Shown piece by piece: positions 25,411 through 39,572 of a DNA stretch of 59,982 nt (its first letter is position 1; each line of letters opens with the position of its first letter). Position numbers and translations under genes: made by a program. The notes beneath the pieces are model-generated. The model was not told where the DNA came from, made no database searches, and was given only the letters and a program-made list of their open reading frames with translations. The stretch comes from Girardia tigrina (Eukaryota): contig MQRK01180445.1 in assembly GCA_001938485.1 (NCBI GenBank), forward strand, positions 133,561-193,542, read 5' to 3'.

Positions 25411-26154
25411 TCATGATTATTTTTACAAATAAATAGAAGTAGTATAATATTTAAAAAACAAACGTTAAATTAACAGTCAAATTTCTTTGTTATTAATTTA
25501 TTGATTAATTTATACATTCTGATTTATTTATTTAAATTTAAATTTATTTATTTAACTCTTTATTTGGTAATATTCCCAATTTTTTCTCTGATATTATAAG
25601 AAAAGAATTTCTAAACGTCAAAGTTGAAAAAATTAATTTTATCTCAACATATAATCAAATTACAATAGATAATTAATGAAAAGCAAAAAGCCGCTAATGA
25701 ACAATTAAGGGTAATTAGAAAACATAAAAAACGAATATAAATGTTTACTAAAAATATTCATTTCATTTAAATCTTTAAAAGTTAATTTTTAGTGACAATT
25801 TTTAAACATTTTAAATGAAATTCTCATTCAATTTTTCTTTTAAATTTTTGATTAATTTATTATTAATTTTTGAAAAAAAATGTAATTAATTTATAAAAAT
25901 TTATTTATTTAACTGTTTATTTGTTAATATTCATAATTTTCTCTCTGATATTATAAGAAAAGAATTTCAAAACGTCAAAAAACAGATTATTCAAATTTAC
26001 TGAGTTAACCCTTTGACTACTGAACTATTGTTTTGCTCATATTAAATAAAAACACTAACTGATAAAACTAAACTGTAAAACTAACTGATAATAAGTACTG
26101 ACAAGTTTTCAGGTAGTGCGTGAAGATGTCGCACAAGAGTACATCCACTATATA

Positions 26155-27178
26155 TTGGTTGGTCGAAAAATAACGGCGGTTTTGGGACACAAACTTCAAA
26201 GACGTGCAAATTCACAGAAACAAAAGTTTATTAATCAAAGTATGAACCGTTGACATCAATACATTTTGCCAACGAGAAACAAGTTGTTTTATTCCATCAG
26301 CATAAAATGCATCGGTTCTCGAAGCCATGAATTCTTGGAAGGCATTTTGAGCATCATTTTGGTTTTTGAAATTTTTTTCACGTAGGAAGTTGTACAAATG
26401 TCTGAAAAAGTAGAAGTTCGTTGGCGAGAGGTCTGGTGAATATGGTGGATGAAGCAGGGTTTCATAGCCCAACTCATTAAGCTTTTGAAGAGTCACTTTT
26501 GAAATATAAGGTCTAGAGTTATCATGAAGAAGGATGTGACTTTTTCGATTGACCAATCCCGGACAAAGGGTTTTCAATTTTTTATGCATTTCATCAATTT
26601 AATGACAGTACCTCTCCGATGTGATTGTTTCACCTGGATTCAAGAAACTATAGTGGATTATTCCAGCATCACACCACCAAACTGTCACCATAACCTAACG
26701 GGGTGTTAGTTTCGGTTTTGGAAAGTGTTTCAGTGCTTCATCTTTGTCCAACTACTGTGTAGATCGACGTCGGTTATCATACAGGATCCATTTCTCATCA
26801 CTTTTGAATTTTCATTCAAAACATGTGGAACCCATTTATCAAGTTTCTTGATTTTTCCAAGTTGTTTTAAATGATCCAGGACTGTTGAATGACTAATGCC
26901 CAACCCATCTGCAAGTTCTCTGATTGTTGTACGGGGATCTGTTTCCACCATTGTCGTCAAATTGTCGTTGTTCACAGCAACTGGATGACTACGATCTTCT
27001 TCATCTTCAAGGTTTTCATCTCCATCAGAAAATTTACAGAATCAGCTATAGGAATATACAGCTAGGCATAAGATTTCAAATAATATCTAACACTAATGCA
27101 TTTAAACTTATATACATATCAAAGTAGATAAACAAAGTATAAAGCTCAAAAACCGGCATTATTTTTCGACCAACCTAA
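26155..27178 (-). mobile_element. mariner (cecropia/Hsmar1-like) transposon, internally deleted
   Basis: TA-flanked TIRs TT(A/G)GTTGGTCGAAAAATAA..CGGTTTT at both ends. WVPHVL, LLHDNSRP, HPPYSPDLSPTNFYFF and GIKQLVSRWQ motifs. Frameshifted. Confidence 0.95.
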
Positions 27179-27214
27179 TACAACTGGGATGAAAAAAAAC
27201 CGATTTCGCATACT

Positions 27215-28428
27215 AACTTGTGATTCGGATAATCTGCATAAAATCGCTCAGAAAATTTCCCGAAAATTGTCAACAAAATCGTCTGATAATAAATAGTTGC
27301 ATAATCTCTTGATTTAGTATTCTTCTGAGTATGGAGTATGATTAAGAAGACCAAACTCACGTTACTGTAGTTTTAACGCAGTCCTAAGTGCAGTATGTTA
27401 AGACTAAGAAAACACTGTATAAAGAAGAAAACGAGTCGAAATTGCGAGCAAAAAGACTTATTTGGAAATAACCCTCAAGACTTTTTGTTTATTATACAGA
27501 AAAGTTCAATCTGCTTTTGTTTCTGGGACTTATTTTTTTTAAAAAAGACTTTCTTGTTTTTATAAATCTATTATCTCCGGTTTTCCTTTTTTATGATTTT
27601 TTTCCTAAGAATTCATTCAAAATAATCGCAACGATATTCTTAAACGGATTTAAATTGTTCAAAGATCTGTCTCAGACACTGAAAACTTCAACATATGTCA
27701 GAAGAATACCAAATCAAGAGATCATGCAACTATCTATTATCAGACGATTTTTGTCTGCTGAAAAATTGGAATTTCCTTTCAAACGATCGTTCATTTAATA
27801 GAAGAATTAAACGTTAATGTAAATAAGGCGTATTATCAGCTGTTTTATCAAAATATTACCAACAATACACACTATTTAACATACAGAAATATAAAGTTAT
27901 AAGTTATGTGAAAACACCCACGATGGAGAGACTTTTGTTCCTGATCTCAAATCAAATTGTTCTTCATTAAATAGTTCAATTGACACTCGAATGTCACTTG
28001 TTAATTTGCTGAATAATATTTTTAATAAATACCGCCTTTTCAAAACACGCTAATAATAAAATCTATTAAAATCACAAAGTAGTTCACTTTTTGCAATGAC
28101 GACTTTTATTTTGTTATCGTATTTGTTGTCGATATACATCATGGCATCGAATCCATTGTCAGAGATAAATTGGGCAGCGAGATCAACTTGTGATTCAGAT
28201 AATCTCCATAAAATCGCTCAGAAAATTCCCCTATTCGTTATTGATGGGGAAATAATTTTTTAACGAGGCCATTTTTACTCAATTTTCGGAATTAAATTTT
28301 TTACCTGTCAAAAAGTTGTTCAAATTAAAAGAAACGGTTGTCAGTTAGAGCTAGGATTGATGAGTATGGAGTATGATTCAGAAGACCCAACTCAGTTTAC
28401 TGTAGTTTTGATGCAGTTCTAAGTGTAG
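27215..28428 (+). repeat. Dispersed direct repeat, two diverged copies (27215-27395 and 28185-28428)
   Basis: Shared blocks AACTTGTGATTC(G/A)GATAATCT(G/C)CATAAAATCGCTCAGAAAATT and GAGTATGGAGTATGATT(A/C)AGAAGACC...TTACTGTAGTTTT...TAAGTG with different spacers. Confidence 0.8.
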
Positions 28429-28611
28429 TTTTTTGATTTGCATTGTCGTGGAGCAAGAATTTCCATTTTATAAAATACTAATTATTAAAAAAAGTTATAT
28501 TTAATTTTAATTAATTTTTGTTATTTTGTTCAATAGTCAAGATATGTAGCAAGAAAACAAAAAATACTGAATAACAAAATGTTAACAATACTTGACAACC
28601 TATTATTTATA

Positions 28612-29024
28612 TGTGACCGTAGCTGAGAAAAGGTACCACAAGTCGTTGCACAGAAAGCCCAGAAATCGCCTGTATTAGTGGATTGGTCAAAATGGGGCAA
28701 AAGTAGTTCTCTATCTATTTCAATATGTCAATCCATGCCCCTGAATACAGTATGCATCATTTGTTGTTCTGACTTATTTATAGGCCTTAACTACCAACTT
28801 CAAGTGACTGAGTGTTGCAGTGATTTTAATAAACATAATGTTTCAATTTGCGCTTTCTCAAAAACGAGTTTTTACGAATATGACCATTGTAATATCTGTA
28901 GAAGAGTCAAATAATGGAATATCAGCATGATTATTTACACAGTTGTAAATTATTATGAGACCTACAACGTGGCACTCTTAACTCAGTTTCCTACTTGTGG
29001 TCCCTTTTCTCAGCTTTGGTTACA
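28612..29024. mobile_element. MITE with ~33-bp TIRs, superfamily unassigned
   Basis: Left TGTGACCGTAGCTGAGAAAAGGTACCACAAGT versus reverse complement of the right end TGTAACCAAAGCTGAGAAAAGGGACCACAAGT. Confidence 0.8.
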
Positions 29025-29029
29025 TGTGA

Positions 29030-29245
29030 AGAAAGTGACAAATATTCCATTACGCGGTTCTTACGAGTCCACGATAACAGCCAAATGCATGTATAGCTTT
29101 GGTACCAAGTTCCATGGCTGTTCTTTCATCACTGGCAAACAAACGACTCAGAGGCGGTGAGCTACTGACCCCATATGAGGACTATCGGAGGGCTCTTAAG
29201 GATATTAGTTTGGCTGGACCTTGTAAAGAGCCTTAGGCTCAACAC
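29030..29245 (+). mobile_element. 3' fragment of zinc-finger-tailed repeat family (probably non-LTR retrotransposon)
   Basis: PLRGSYESTITAKCMYSFGTKFHGCSFITGK aligns with PFRGCYASTVTAKGMYGHGTKFHGWSFATGK of the 34927-35710 copy. Both share the GAGCCTTAGGCTC palindrome downstream. Confidence 0.65.
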
Positions 29246-30145
29246 CCTTCGGAAAAGAGGAGAATAAAAAGGTTATTAATAAGGTAATTTTATGTAGGAA
29301 GGAAATATGTTAAACAATAATTGCATTTCTTTGCTAAGATTATTATTGCAGAACATTAAATAGTTTAAGGATAAACCACGAAGAATTTACAATTAATTTC
29401 TTAAATATTACAATTGTTTTGAAAGAAGATACTGTTAACAGCTCATCTTGATATTATATTATATTATATTATATTGTTTATAATAAATATAAGAGATTTA
29501 CATTAAAAAATAATTTCAAATATTATTTTTAATATACAACAATAGCTTTAGGTAAAAATAAAAAAACTGAAAAGTATAATAAAATTTAGTATTGCGTATA
29601 AAATAAATCTAAAATTTATTTATGAATTAATAATTTAGTACATTCTTTCATTCAAATTTTCCAAAAAAACATTAATAATCTTTCAAAACTAAAATTATTA
29701 TTTAATGATAGTCTTAAATTAATGAATACGGTTTCAGTTCTATGAGTTATAGAATCGTTTCCGGTTTCATAAACTCCATATGAAGCTTAAAGTACCAATA
29801 AATTATAAAGGAGAATGATTTAATTCAATTATGAAAGAGAATTTATTGTAAACTTTCACCATAAATTTTTGTTGATTAAAAGAAACTATTAAATTCTCTT
29901 TAAATGAAATACTCTAATTTATTATTTGGTAAATAATTTAATGTAGAGACGATTTTTCGTATGGAAAAATAAAAAAGTATTATTAAAAACTACCGCTTAA
30001 ATTTAAGTTTGGAATTATGAAAAGATTTCTTATGAATTTTTTACCAGTTGAGACTTGTCTATAAATATTAACATATTGAAATTTCTTTATACATTTATAC
30101 TCAAAATCCTCAAAATATTATTTTAATTTTTCCATAGGAACAATT

Positions 30146-30683
30146 AGTTTCATAACCGTTTATATTCAAAACATTGAGACAACTCTCATTTGAATTTTTA
30201 TAGCAATCACATTTAGAGTCATTACAACTCTCAGAAGATCTTTCATCGTTTTTCATCGTTCTAATTGGTTTCGTTTGACATCGCTCTAATTGGTTATTCT
30301 ATTTCTATTTTTAATCATGATTATTCGAACAACTTTTCTAAATATTTTTAAAATTTTTCATTTTTAAAAATATTAATTAAAAATAATAATTTAAACCATT
30401 TCTTAATAAAAACTCAAAATAATAAAAAATTTTATCAAATAATTGAAAATGAATTTATTTTAAATTTTATTAAAAAATATTAAACTTAATTTCAATTGCT
30501 AATTTAAAAAATATAAACTCATCAAATTTTATTTTAATTATGTTGGAACTTTAATTTAAAAAAATATCAATTTCCATCTGCGTGGAAGAATCACCATTCT
30601 AAGTTCAACATTCTTAAATCAATATATTAATAATACAATATCAATACATTTACACATTCAAACAATTTAAAATATTCCTCATA
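30146..30683 (-). repeat. Solo LTR, family A
   Basis: Colinear similarity with 18056-18553 (GCAATCACATTTAGAGTCATTA, AATTTCCATCTG..TGG..GAATCACCATTCTAA, AACAATTTAAAATATTCCTCA). Confidence 0.85.
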
Positions 30684-31459
30684 GTTTAAAAAGATTGTAC
30701 TCTTGTCTTTATCTAAATTATAAGTCAAAGGTTTACTTGAATGTGTTTCACTCAGTTGCAATGATGGAGGAAACAATTTAAAAACATAAAAGAAATTTAA
30801 CTTCAGATGAAAAGACTTCAGATATTTTTTCTACATTGATTTACTATAATAAATTACACTTCATAATTGAATGGGTAAGATTTTATCAAGTACGCTTTAA
30901 AATTTATACTTTTCAAGGACCCCTTGTGGACCACTATAACAGTTTGTAAACCTATTAGCCTAAACAATAGGGTGTATCTTAAATAATAAAATTCACAAAT
31001 GGATTAAAGAAATTTAACAATATTTCTTAATTGTTAGAAAAAACTCTGTTTCAAAACATAAAATTTAGATGATATTATCTTTTTTCATCAAAAATATTAT
31101 TTTACTAAAATATTTTGAAATCCAAATATTTCTCACACATATACACTTGGAATAACATTCGACAACGGGATAACTATCATATGCATTCTAAAATGACTTA
31201 GTCTTTAACCCTTAGGTGATCGCAAAATTTTCTGCAATGTAACGGGTCATAAACTACAAATAGTTCTGTTTAAGTGAACAAAGTTCCCGAGCGCTAGTAG
31301 TTAAGCTTTACCAAAACTTTTCACTAAATCATAATAATTATTTTTGATGTTAACTGCACTCTGCTTGTGTATTTAAAGCACCAGATGATTGTCTCTCGGT
31401 TAGTCATCAATGTCAAAGTGTTGCCATGGGAGAACTAAGAATACAATATTGTGCGTAAG

Positions 31460-32195
31460 CTTCACATTGTTTTGGTACAATTTTGGCTTTTGGAAAGGTT
31501 TTGGAGCCTAATTAGAATACAACCACTGAGCTGAACGTCGCTGGTAGTCGCATCGGATCCCTTTTTCATTGCATGTTACAATTCGATCCAGAAACGGGTC
31601 ACTTTGATTACGCAAAAGCAGAGAACATACATTTTTTTGATTTTCGTTTATTTCGTGCGGCACCTACTTGTCCAGCTTTTTCACTTTCCCGATTTTCTTC
31701 AGATGGCAAAAAAAGTGCTGATTGGTGAACGTTGAGTTCTTAAGCGACTCCCCGTGAATTTTTATGCGGGTCGGCATTGATTAACTTCTTAAAATGGTCG
31801 TCGTCAACTTGTGATGGTCGACTACCGTGTTCTTCATCTTCAAGACTCTCGTTGCCACTACAAAACTTAGAAAACCAACGTTGTACTGTTCGTAAATTAT
31901 TGGTATGTTGTCCAAATACATTGTTAATATTTCGAGCCGTTTCTGTCGCTTTTCGACCTAGATTGAAATCGTAGAATAAAATTGTTCTCATTTCCTTCTT
32001 TTCTAACATTTCTAAAATAAAATAAATACACCTTAAATTAACAATAATAATGTCATACTTGGTATGAAAATATAGAGTAAAGTTTAAGCTTTAAAGTAAA
32101 TTTAAATATGAATCTATTTATTAATGATTTTCTAAATATTTCAAACAATTAATATTAGATACATTAAAAACGACATTTCTTTTGCATCAAACGAA
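31460..32195 (-). mobile_element. mariner (cecropia/Hsmar1-like), 5' half
   Basis: MLEKKEMRTILFYDFNLGRKATETARNINNVFG...TVQRWFSKF...SLEDEEHGSRPS and LLRNQSDPFLDRIVTCNEK...RRSAQW. The 5' TIR TTCGTTTGATGCAAAAGAAATGTCGTTTT is preceded by TA. Confidence 0.92.
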
Positions 32196-32616
32196 TATAT
32201 ATAAATGCATATAAATGTATATTCGCAAATTAAAAAGAGCCATAAATATAGTTGCTAAAAATTTACCCACGAGAATCAATGACAAAATTTGACGGTATGA
32301 AAAAAAATCGATAAACTAAATATAGCGTAAATGAATTTTTTGTATATGGAAAAGATTCCAACTATTCATTAATGCTATAAGAGGATTCCATAATAATAAA
32401 TTAACAATTTCAAATATATATATTTTATTTAAAAATTACACGCGTTGTAATAATATTAAAACAAATTCAAGAGATTAATTTGAATATTCTGGATCCATTG
32501 TTGTAATATATTTAGTATAATACAGATAATATAAATATCATATAATTATTTATCCTTACAAATGCAATATATTATATTCAATTCAATCAGTGCTTTTCAT
32601 TTATTATCTTGCCTAT

Positions 32617-33157
32617 TGTGAGGAATATTTTAAATTTGGTATGTTGAAATTGGTTTGTTGAATTTTGTATGTTGAGTTTAGTACTTGGAAATAAGTTTCT
32701 CCCACCCAGATGGAAAATTGATATTTTAGATGTTCACGATAAATAATTATTCGATTATAATTTACATTTTAAAGTACAGCATAAGATATATAAAAACATT
32801 AAAAATATTAAATCTTTTCAAATCTTCATATTAAAATTTAAATAAAATAAATAGTTTTAACTAAGTTTTGAATTAACTAAATGTTCTTTCTTTACATAAA
32901 ATAATTTTTAAATAAAATTAATATGTAAATAAAAAATTAATACTAAAACTACAAAATTTGAATTTTAAAAATAAAATCAGAAAATAATGAAAAATTTGTT
33001 CGAATAATTGTTTATTAACAAACATTAACAAAAAATTATCAATTTAGAACGATGTAGAATGACGAGAGTTTCGCTGAGAGTTGTCCAAAAGACAATTCTG
33101 ATTGTAATGAAAATAAAAGTTTGAAAAGTCATGTTGGTGTTCTTAATACCTATAACA
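32617..33157 (+). repeat. Solo LTR related to family A (diverged)
   Basis: Starts TGTGAGGAATATTTTAAAT, contains TTCTCCCACCCAGATGGAAA and TTAGAACGATG, ends GTTCTTAATACCTATAACA. Confidence 0.75.
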
Positions 33158-34926
33158 GGTATTTTGATCGATCTCTGACTTATAAGAATATAAAAATGAA
33201 TCCTCGCTATCCACATGACAAAATAAATTCTTAAATTTTACGGCAGTTAGCCCTATATTATCCGAATATAGGTTTTAAAGAAGGTGTTTCTTAACTATTA
33301 ACCGTTTCATCTAACAATTATTAAGCTTGCTCAGCTATTGAACTAGTTGAATGTTATATTATTATGTTTATTTTTCTTCGAATATTAATTAAAATTTTAT
33401 TTCTGTAATATAGTGGCAAAAAAAGCCTTTTATTTTTTTCACAAAATTTATTTTAAGTGGTTTTCTTTGTACAGTTATAAAGTATAGTCTTCCTTTATTG
33501 TACATTTAATGAATTTTAATAAGTTCCAGTCACTTCAAAAAAATTATTGTAAAGAGGAATCCTCAACAAAACTCCTTAAAAGGTATATATAGAACTTATA
33601 AAATATCATTGTTGTAAAACAACATAGGCATGAATCATATGCTTATTTTTTTAATCAAAAAATATTAATACACAGAAAATATCGTTTGATAATTGTATTC
33701 TAACAAAGAATTTCAAATACGTCAATAAAAAAATTTTAAAATAGAATATTACCAAAACTTTTAAACTAAACGTAATGAAATAATTTAAAAAAATAATAAC
33801 TAATTGAAAATTATTTTAATTATATATTTTTTCTGAATTTTATATTTACAATTAGAACATTTTTGTCCAGTAAGAATAAGCTTAAAATGTTGTCTCTGAA
33901 AAAATCTTTATTTTCTTTTCTGAAAAATTTCTTCCATCAAATGAAAAGATAAATTTATTTTAATAATAATTTTTTTTAAATGAAAAAGTAGAAAAAAATA
34001 TTTCAGTGTTTCAGTATGAAAGATTAAAAAAAAGCGCATTAATTTTGAAGTCTTCTGAGACGGAACTTTCCATTTACATCAGTGCAGAAATATGATGATT
34101 CTATGAAGTATAGAAAAAATATTATAGACAATCATTAAATTTTAATGAATATTTTTTTTAAAAAAATTTAATAAATGATAATATTATCAATTTAAACAAA
34201 CACAATTTTTAGTTTAGTTTTTTTGTTGTAAATACTCAAATATAGAAATTATTTTTTTTAATAATGAAATTATTATAAAGAAAATATTTTCTTATCGGTT
34301 GATTGAAAAATTTATTTTTTTTCTACTTGAATCTCTAAATTTAATATATCAACCTGAAGTTAATCATAAAGAAGAAAAATTATTTTCATGTTAATTAAAT
34401 CTTAGAAAGATAAAAGAAATAGAATATTAAAACGAATGATGCAAAAATATAATAAAAAATCTTTTTTTTATCAAAATAAAAAATCCGTTTTGAATTTATT
34501 TATTTATATCAACGAATCAGTAAAAAAATTATTATGGATAATTCTTATATTTTCGGCACTTAGAAAATTATGCTAAAGAAAAATATAAAATAACTTTACT
34601 TCCGAAATTTGACAATAAAATTCAGATGTTTCAGTGCTTTAAAACAAGAAATACTAATTATATTATTTTATATAACTTAATCATTTGAAAAAATGTAAAA
34701 ATTTTTTCGTTGATCCATAAAAGTGCTTTGATAAAATAGAATTAGAGGTTCATGGTTGCATTACAAAATACATGAGATAAAAGTTACATAATGTTATCAT
34801 GCGATGTGTCTTTCTTCCGCAAAAAATGTAAAAGTAAATGAGTAATTCACAAAACAGCGACCAAGATTCATACATATCATCAACCAATCACGTCTATCCT
34901 ATTTTCTAATTGCTTGACATCTAAGA

Positions 34927-35710
34927 CCACACACACACAAGGCAGCAGGTAATTGTAACACATGGGCCTCCCATCTCTTTCAATGGTATTGAGCCTAAGG
35001 CTCTTTAGAGGGTCCACCCAAACTAAAGTCCTTAAGGGCCCCCCGATAGGCCTCCTACGGGATCAGTGTCCTGCCTGCGAGCGACCGGTTTTCCAGTTGC
35101 AAAAGACCAGCCATGGAATTTGGTGCCATGGCCATACATACCTTTGGCGGTTACGGTGGACGCGTAACATCCTCTGAATGGGCACTGGAAATGTCCTTTT
35201 GCTTTTGCATAATTGGCTGGCAATCGGTATTGTCGGTGCGGCGATTCTTCACGAGTGTATGTAGTGCTGTCTTCTGTCTGGATCCTCTGCGTGCCCATAG
35301 TTGCTTCCGGTAACTGGGGGTTGGATTGAATTGTTGTCGGCTCTTCCTCTCTCACGATGACCAAATTATCTTCTTGCTGGGCGTTTGGTTGTTCTGACTC
35401 TTCTCTGNNNNNNNNNNNNNNNNNNNNNNNNNNNNNNNNNNNNNNNNNNNNNNNNNNNNNNNNNNNNNNNNNNNNNNNNNNNNNNNNTTTTTCTGTCGCG
35501 GCTGGGCTTTCTTTTCTCTCTGTTTCCTCGGGATGGGATCTGCTCCTTCATGGTCTCTTCTGAGATGCCTGTTTAGCTCCTTCACCTCTGCATACTGCTT
35601 GTAACAAGCATCCATCGGGCAACTGTGCTCTTTTAGACGGGGCAACACTAGTCTTAGTGTCTTCTCGTCTCCGCTCCTGCTGATCTTCTTGAATTGTAAC
35701 ACATACACAT
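34927..35710 (-). mobile_element. 3' end of a probable non-LTR retrotransposon with C-terminal C2H2 fingers and (TG)n tail
   Basis: CPMDACYKQYAEVKELNRHLRRDH and CPFRGCYASTVTAKGMYGHGTKFH zinc fingers, then a stop, a GC-rich 3' region and a TGTGTGTGTGTGG tail. Related copies lie at 29030 and 50750. No RT motif is present in this fragment. Confidence 0.55.
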
Positions 35711-36207
35711 GCTGTCACAGTGATTTGACGTTTTATAAGAAACTTTTGGGATTCCCTTCATTTTCCTCTTAAAAAAATATTTTTTACTCTTTTCAAGAAG
35801 TTTGCATTTAACATATTATCATCAAAGTTTGTTTTCAGTTATTTATTTCATTAGCTAAACTTTGTCAAAGGGTTTCCTTTCCAGAATCAATGGCTTTCTA
35901 GTCATTTGTAAATTATTTTACATAACAAAAATTTATTTTTGTTTAAGAAAACACTGGAATAATAAAGAAACATCATTCTTTATTTAGTGGAACAACATAA
36001 AAAATCCTTTTCTAAAATATCTTTTGAATATTGTCTACATTTTTAAATATATTAATTAAAATTCAGAAACCTAATGTTAATAGAATCTAATTTTGAAAAT
36101 AACTTTTATTAGAATTGCAAACATCTTAACGCTTCATTTTACAGTTAACTTAAATAAAAAATAGAAAGGTATTTGAATTAAAATATGATCATACAAGATA
36201 TTGAGGT

Positions 36208-36556
36208 TGTGAGGAATATTATGAATGGTGTTTTATTGTATGCTGTTTGATATGTTGTTTTAGGATTGTGTTTCTCCCACCCAGATTGAAGATTGATATT
36301 TTAAATGTTTTGAAACGTCGAAGTATTTACGCAATTTGAAAATTAAATTAATATATCATAAATATTAATATATCTAAAATATTTATTTTAAAAAATTATC
36401 TTAAATAATAAGACGTTCAAAAATAGAATTAAATTTATCAATTAAGAACGATGACTAGTAATGAAAGTTTTATAGAGAATTGTCCTAGTGGCGATTCGAG
36501 TTGTGATACAAATAAATATATTAAAAATCAAATTAGTGTTCTTAATAGATATATCA
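36208..36556 (+). repeat. Solo LTR related to family A (shortened)
   Basis: TGTGAGGAATATT start, TTTCTCCCACCCAGATTGAA core, GTTCTTAATAGATATATCA end. Confidence 0.72.
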
Positions 36557-36673
36557 TTATAATTAATTGTTAATCAATTTTATAAAATTCCAAAATAAGA
36601 CTTTATTTTTTACTTTTATTTTGCACTGAATCAATCCAAGATTCAGAAACTGAGTCTATAATATAGATGGAAC

Positions 36674-37110
36674 TTAGAAAGAAGTAAGCAAATGTCTTTT
36701 AACTTCCTTTTTAAAATTATCGCAATAAACCATGTCATTTACTGGTTGGGATTGTCCTGCAGACACTAAACACACTTTAGATGAACCAAGGGAAAATACT
36801 TTTTGTGATCTTGCCTGAAGTTTCGTAACCACTACCAAGTCGTTGAAGAGGACTACAAATAGTCTTATTACTAAATTTTGGTTCAAGTATATATCTTGAG
36901 TACTTGATGAACATTTTCAGTCCAAAGAAGCTTGGAAGTATATATCGTTTTATATTGACGACCAACCACAAAGAGGCTCATCCTGAAGATTCGTGGTACT
37001 CTATTCAAATTGCTTGTTTCACTTTGATATGATAATGTGGCTAAGGGTTCCTTCACTGTTTGTATTAAAAATCTCTTTTTGATAGCATTTTGTTGAAATA
37101 TGTTGTTCCA
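36674..37110 (-). mobile_element. Possible CR1/L2-group LINE 3' remnant
   Basis: The terminal peptide RSQKVFSLGSSKV...DNFKKEVKRHLL* resembles the LINE ORF2 end (FSxxGxKxWNxLP...FKxxLKxHL). Heavily degenerate. Confidence 0.35.
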
Positions 37111-39572
37111 GCAATTGAATTAATCTATTTTTATTTTTTTGATCATTTGATAATCACTAGTCATTGACGATTTAAAAAAAGGATGTTGAAAGGAAATACA
37201 TTACTAGAAATGTATACTGGAATATGAAGAATGAAAAGAGAATAAAAAATAGTTGAACAGACATCTCGGGACAAATAAATACTACAATTAAATTTTTAAC
37301 AATAATATTGGAATAGTTATAAGAATTAATACAAAATTACAAAAAAAAATAAAAACCTTAAGTCAAATTCGTACTTTTATATATATTAAATATGTAGAAA
37401 ATTGAATAAATACAAACTTTGCATATAAAAAAGCCGGCTTTCTTATTCTTATACAATAAATAAAGTTTCAAACTGAATTTAATAAATGCGTTAGAAAACA
37501 GATTATTGCAAAGAAAACTAAATAAAATTGTATAATTATTCCTAAAAGCTCTTAATGTACATTATCTGAAGTTGTTGAAAAACTTGAAAATCTCCCTTGT
37601 CATTTTAAATTAGCCTAAACAATAATGGTGAATATTCATTAATGATAAAACAAAGTTAATTTCTATCCCAAAAAAATACTGTTGAATATTGAAAAATAAT
37701 TAATTTAAATTAATAATTTTTTCAAATTATTATTAAAATGTCCTTTAAGTGAAAAAGAAAAAAATTCCTTATCTGATTTTCAATTAATTAGAAATAAATT
37801 AAAAACAGATTTTAACAATATAAAAAAATAATTAAAAAATCGAAAAAAAAGTATTAAAAGAAAATTTCGATTATTTAATTACGTTTTATGAAAGATGTTT
37901 TTTTCTCGGTATAAAAAAATTCACTTTAAACTTTAATAATTTATTATCTTAACGATATTAAATTAAATAAAGAAAATGCTTTTATCTTTATTTATTTTCT
38001 CCTTTCATGTGGTTGAAATATATTCGAAGAGTTTCTTTGATAGATTAAACTTTGCAATAAAGTTAAAATTATATTATCTGAATTTTGAGTAAATAAAAAG
38101 AAGAAAAAATATTTGCGTTTTTTATATTTTTCTTTATTATGGCTTAACTTTATTTGCCGCATCAGTGGTTTAATTTCTTAGAAAAAGTTGACATTATCTT
38201 CAGATGCAAACTTATGAAAGAAGCGTAAAAAAAATTTATTTAATAGATTTATAATATAATATATTTTATAAAAATATTTATTAGATTTAAGAAAAACAAG
38301 ACAATAAAAGAATGTAAAATTAATTCTAAAAATAAAAAGAATAATAAAGAACGACGATAAATGTAGTACTTATTTATAACAAGTTTAATTTTGTCTTTAA
38401 TTTTTATTTTATAATATTACGATTATTATTATGTTATTTATTTATTTTATATGATATGATTTAATGAATAATTTAATACATGAAAAACTGTTCATTCTTA
38501 TCAATCACTTGGTTCTATACTTTTGATGGTTTCATTATTCATTATTCGCGTTGTGTTATTTCGCGACAAAAGAATCGACAAGATTCCTGAGCTTTATTGT
38601 TGCTGGAACTGCGCTCGAGAGAACCACTGTTATGTTTTACTGGGAAAGATATATAAACACTTGGAAAACCGAGAATCGGCAAGTCAGAGAACTATTATCC
38701 ACATTCAAGAAACTGGATGCAGAGAGAGCTTGTGCACCCACCGGCTTTCTAATGAATATAAGTTTTGTTTATTGATTTTCAACATTTGACTTTAATTTTG
38801 AAAGATTTCTGCAATTTTTATTCGTTATACTTGAAATAGATCAGAGCTTTTATGTTGTAACCATTAACTTCAACTGGTTGAACAAACTGTGTTTAATGTT
38901 TCATGTGGAATTCTTTAGAACAAAATTAAGAGAAGTAGTTTTGACAATATCAGTTGTAAAGCTTTGCAAACCTTTTCCGTACATTTTGTATATAACTAAC
39001 CTGGCAACTATCAAGACAAACAAGATTTAATTTTCCTGTTAATTTTTAGATTTATTTGTAAAATTCTTCAAAAGATAATCTCCAAAATCTTTATTATACA
39101 AGTAAATTATAATCTTTAAAATGATATTTTTTTCAGCTATATATAAAGTTTTATTTTTTATAGTATATAATAAAAGTGAAATATCTTTAATTATGAATAT
39201 TGACAAAATCGTTACATCCGGGATTAATTTTATTCAGTTTTCTAGTTGATTTAAAATATAAAATTTTGATTTCACAATATTAAGTCAGTTACATTGTATT
39301 GTAATTTTTCATTCTTTTCGACAGGAAAGAGACTGTCTACAAATTTCATTTACGACAGAAAATAAGATTCATATTTAATACAATTATTTTCATTTAATCC
39401 AGAAACAAAGTGCTAATAAAAGTCGTATCTTTTTTTATTTACAAAATTATGCAGTCCTTTTAAGATATTATGTGAATGGGAAAGATAACAAAATAACTTT
39501 TCAATATTTAGAAAATAATTTTCTTTTAGTATTAAATTTAAAGAAAATATTAATTTTCAATATATTTATATA

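Noticed and set aside
38520-39015. Moderately GC-rich stretch with two overlapping short ORFs and a CCTGGCAAC end
   Set aside because: No recognisable domain, splice pair or partner TIR; probably an unassigned DNA-transposon relic.
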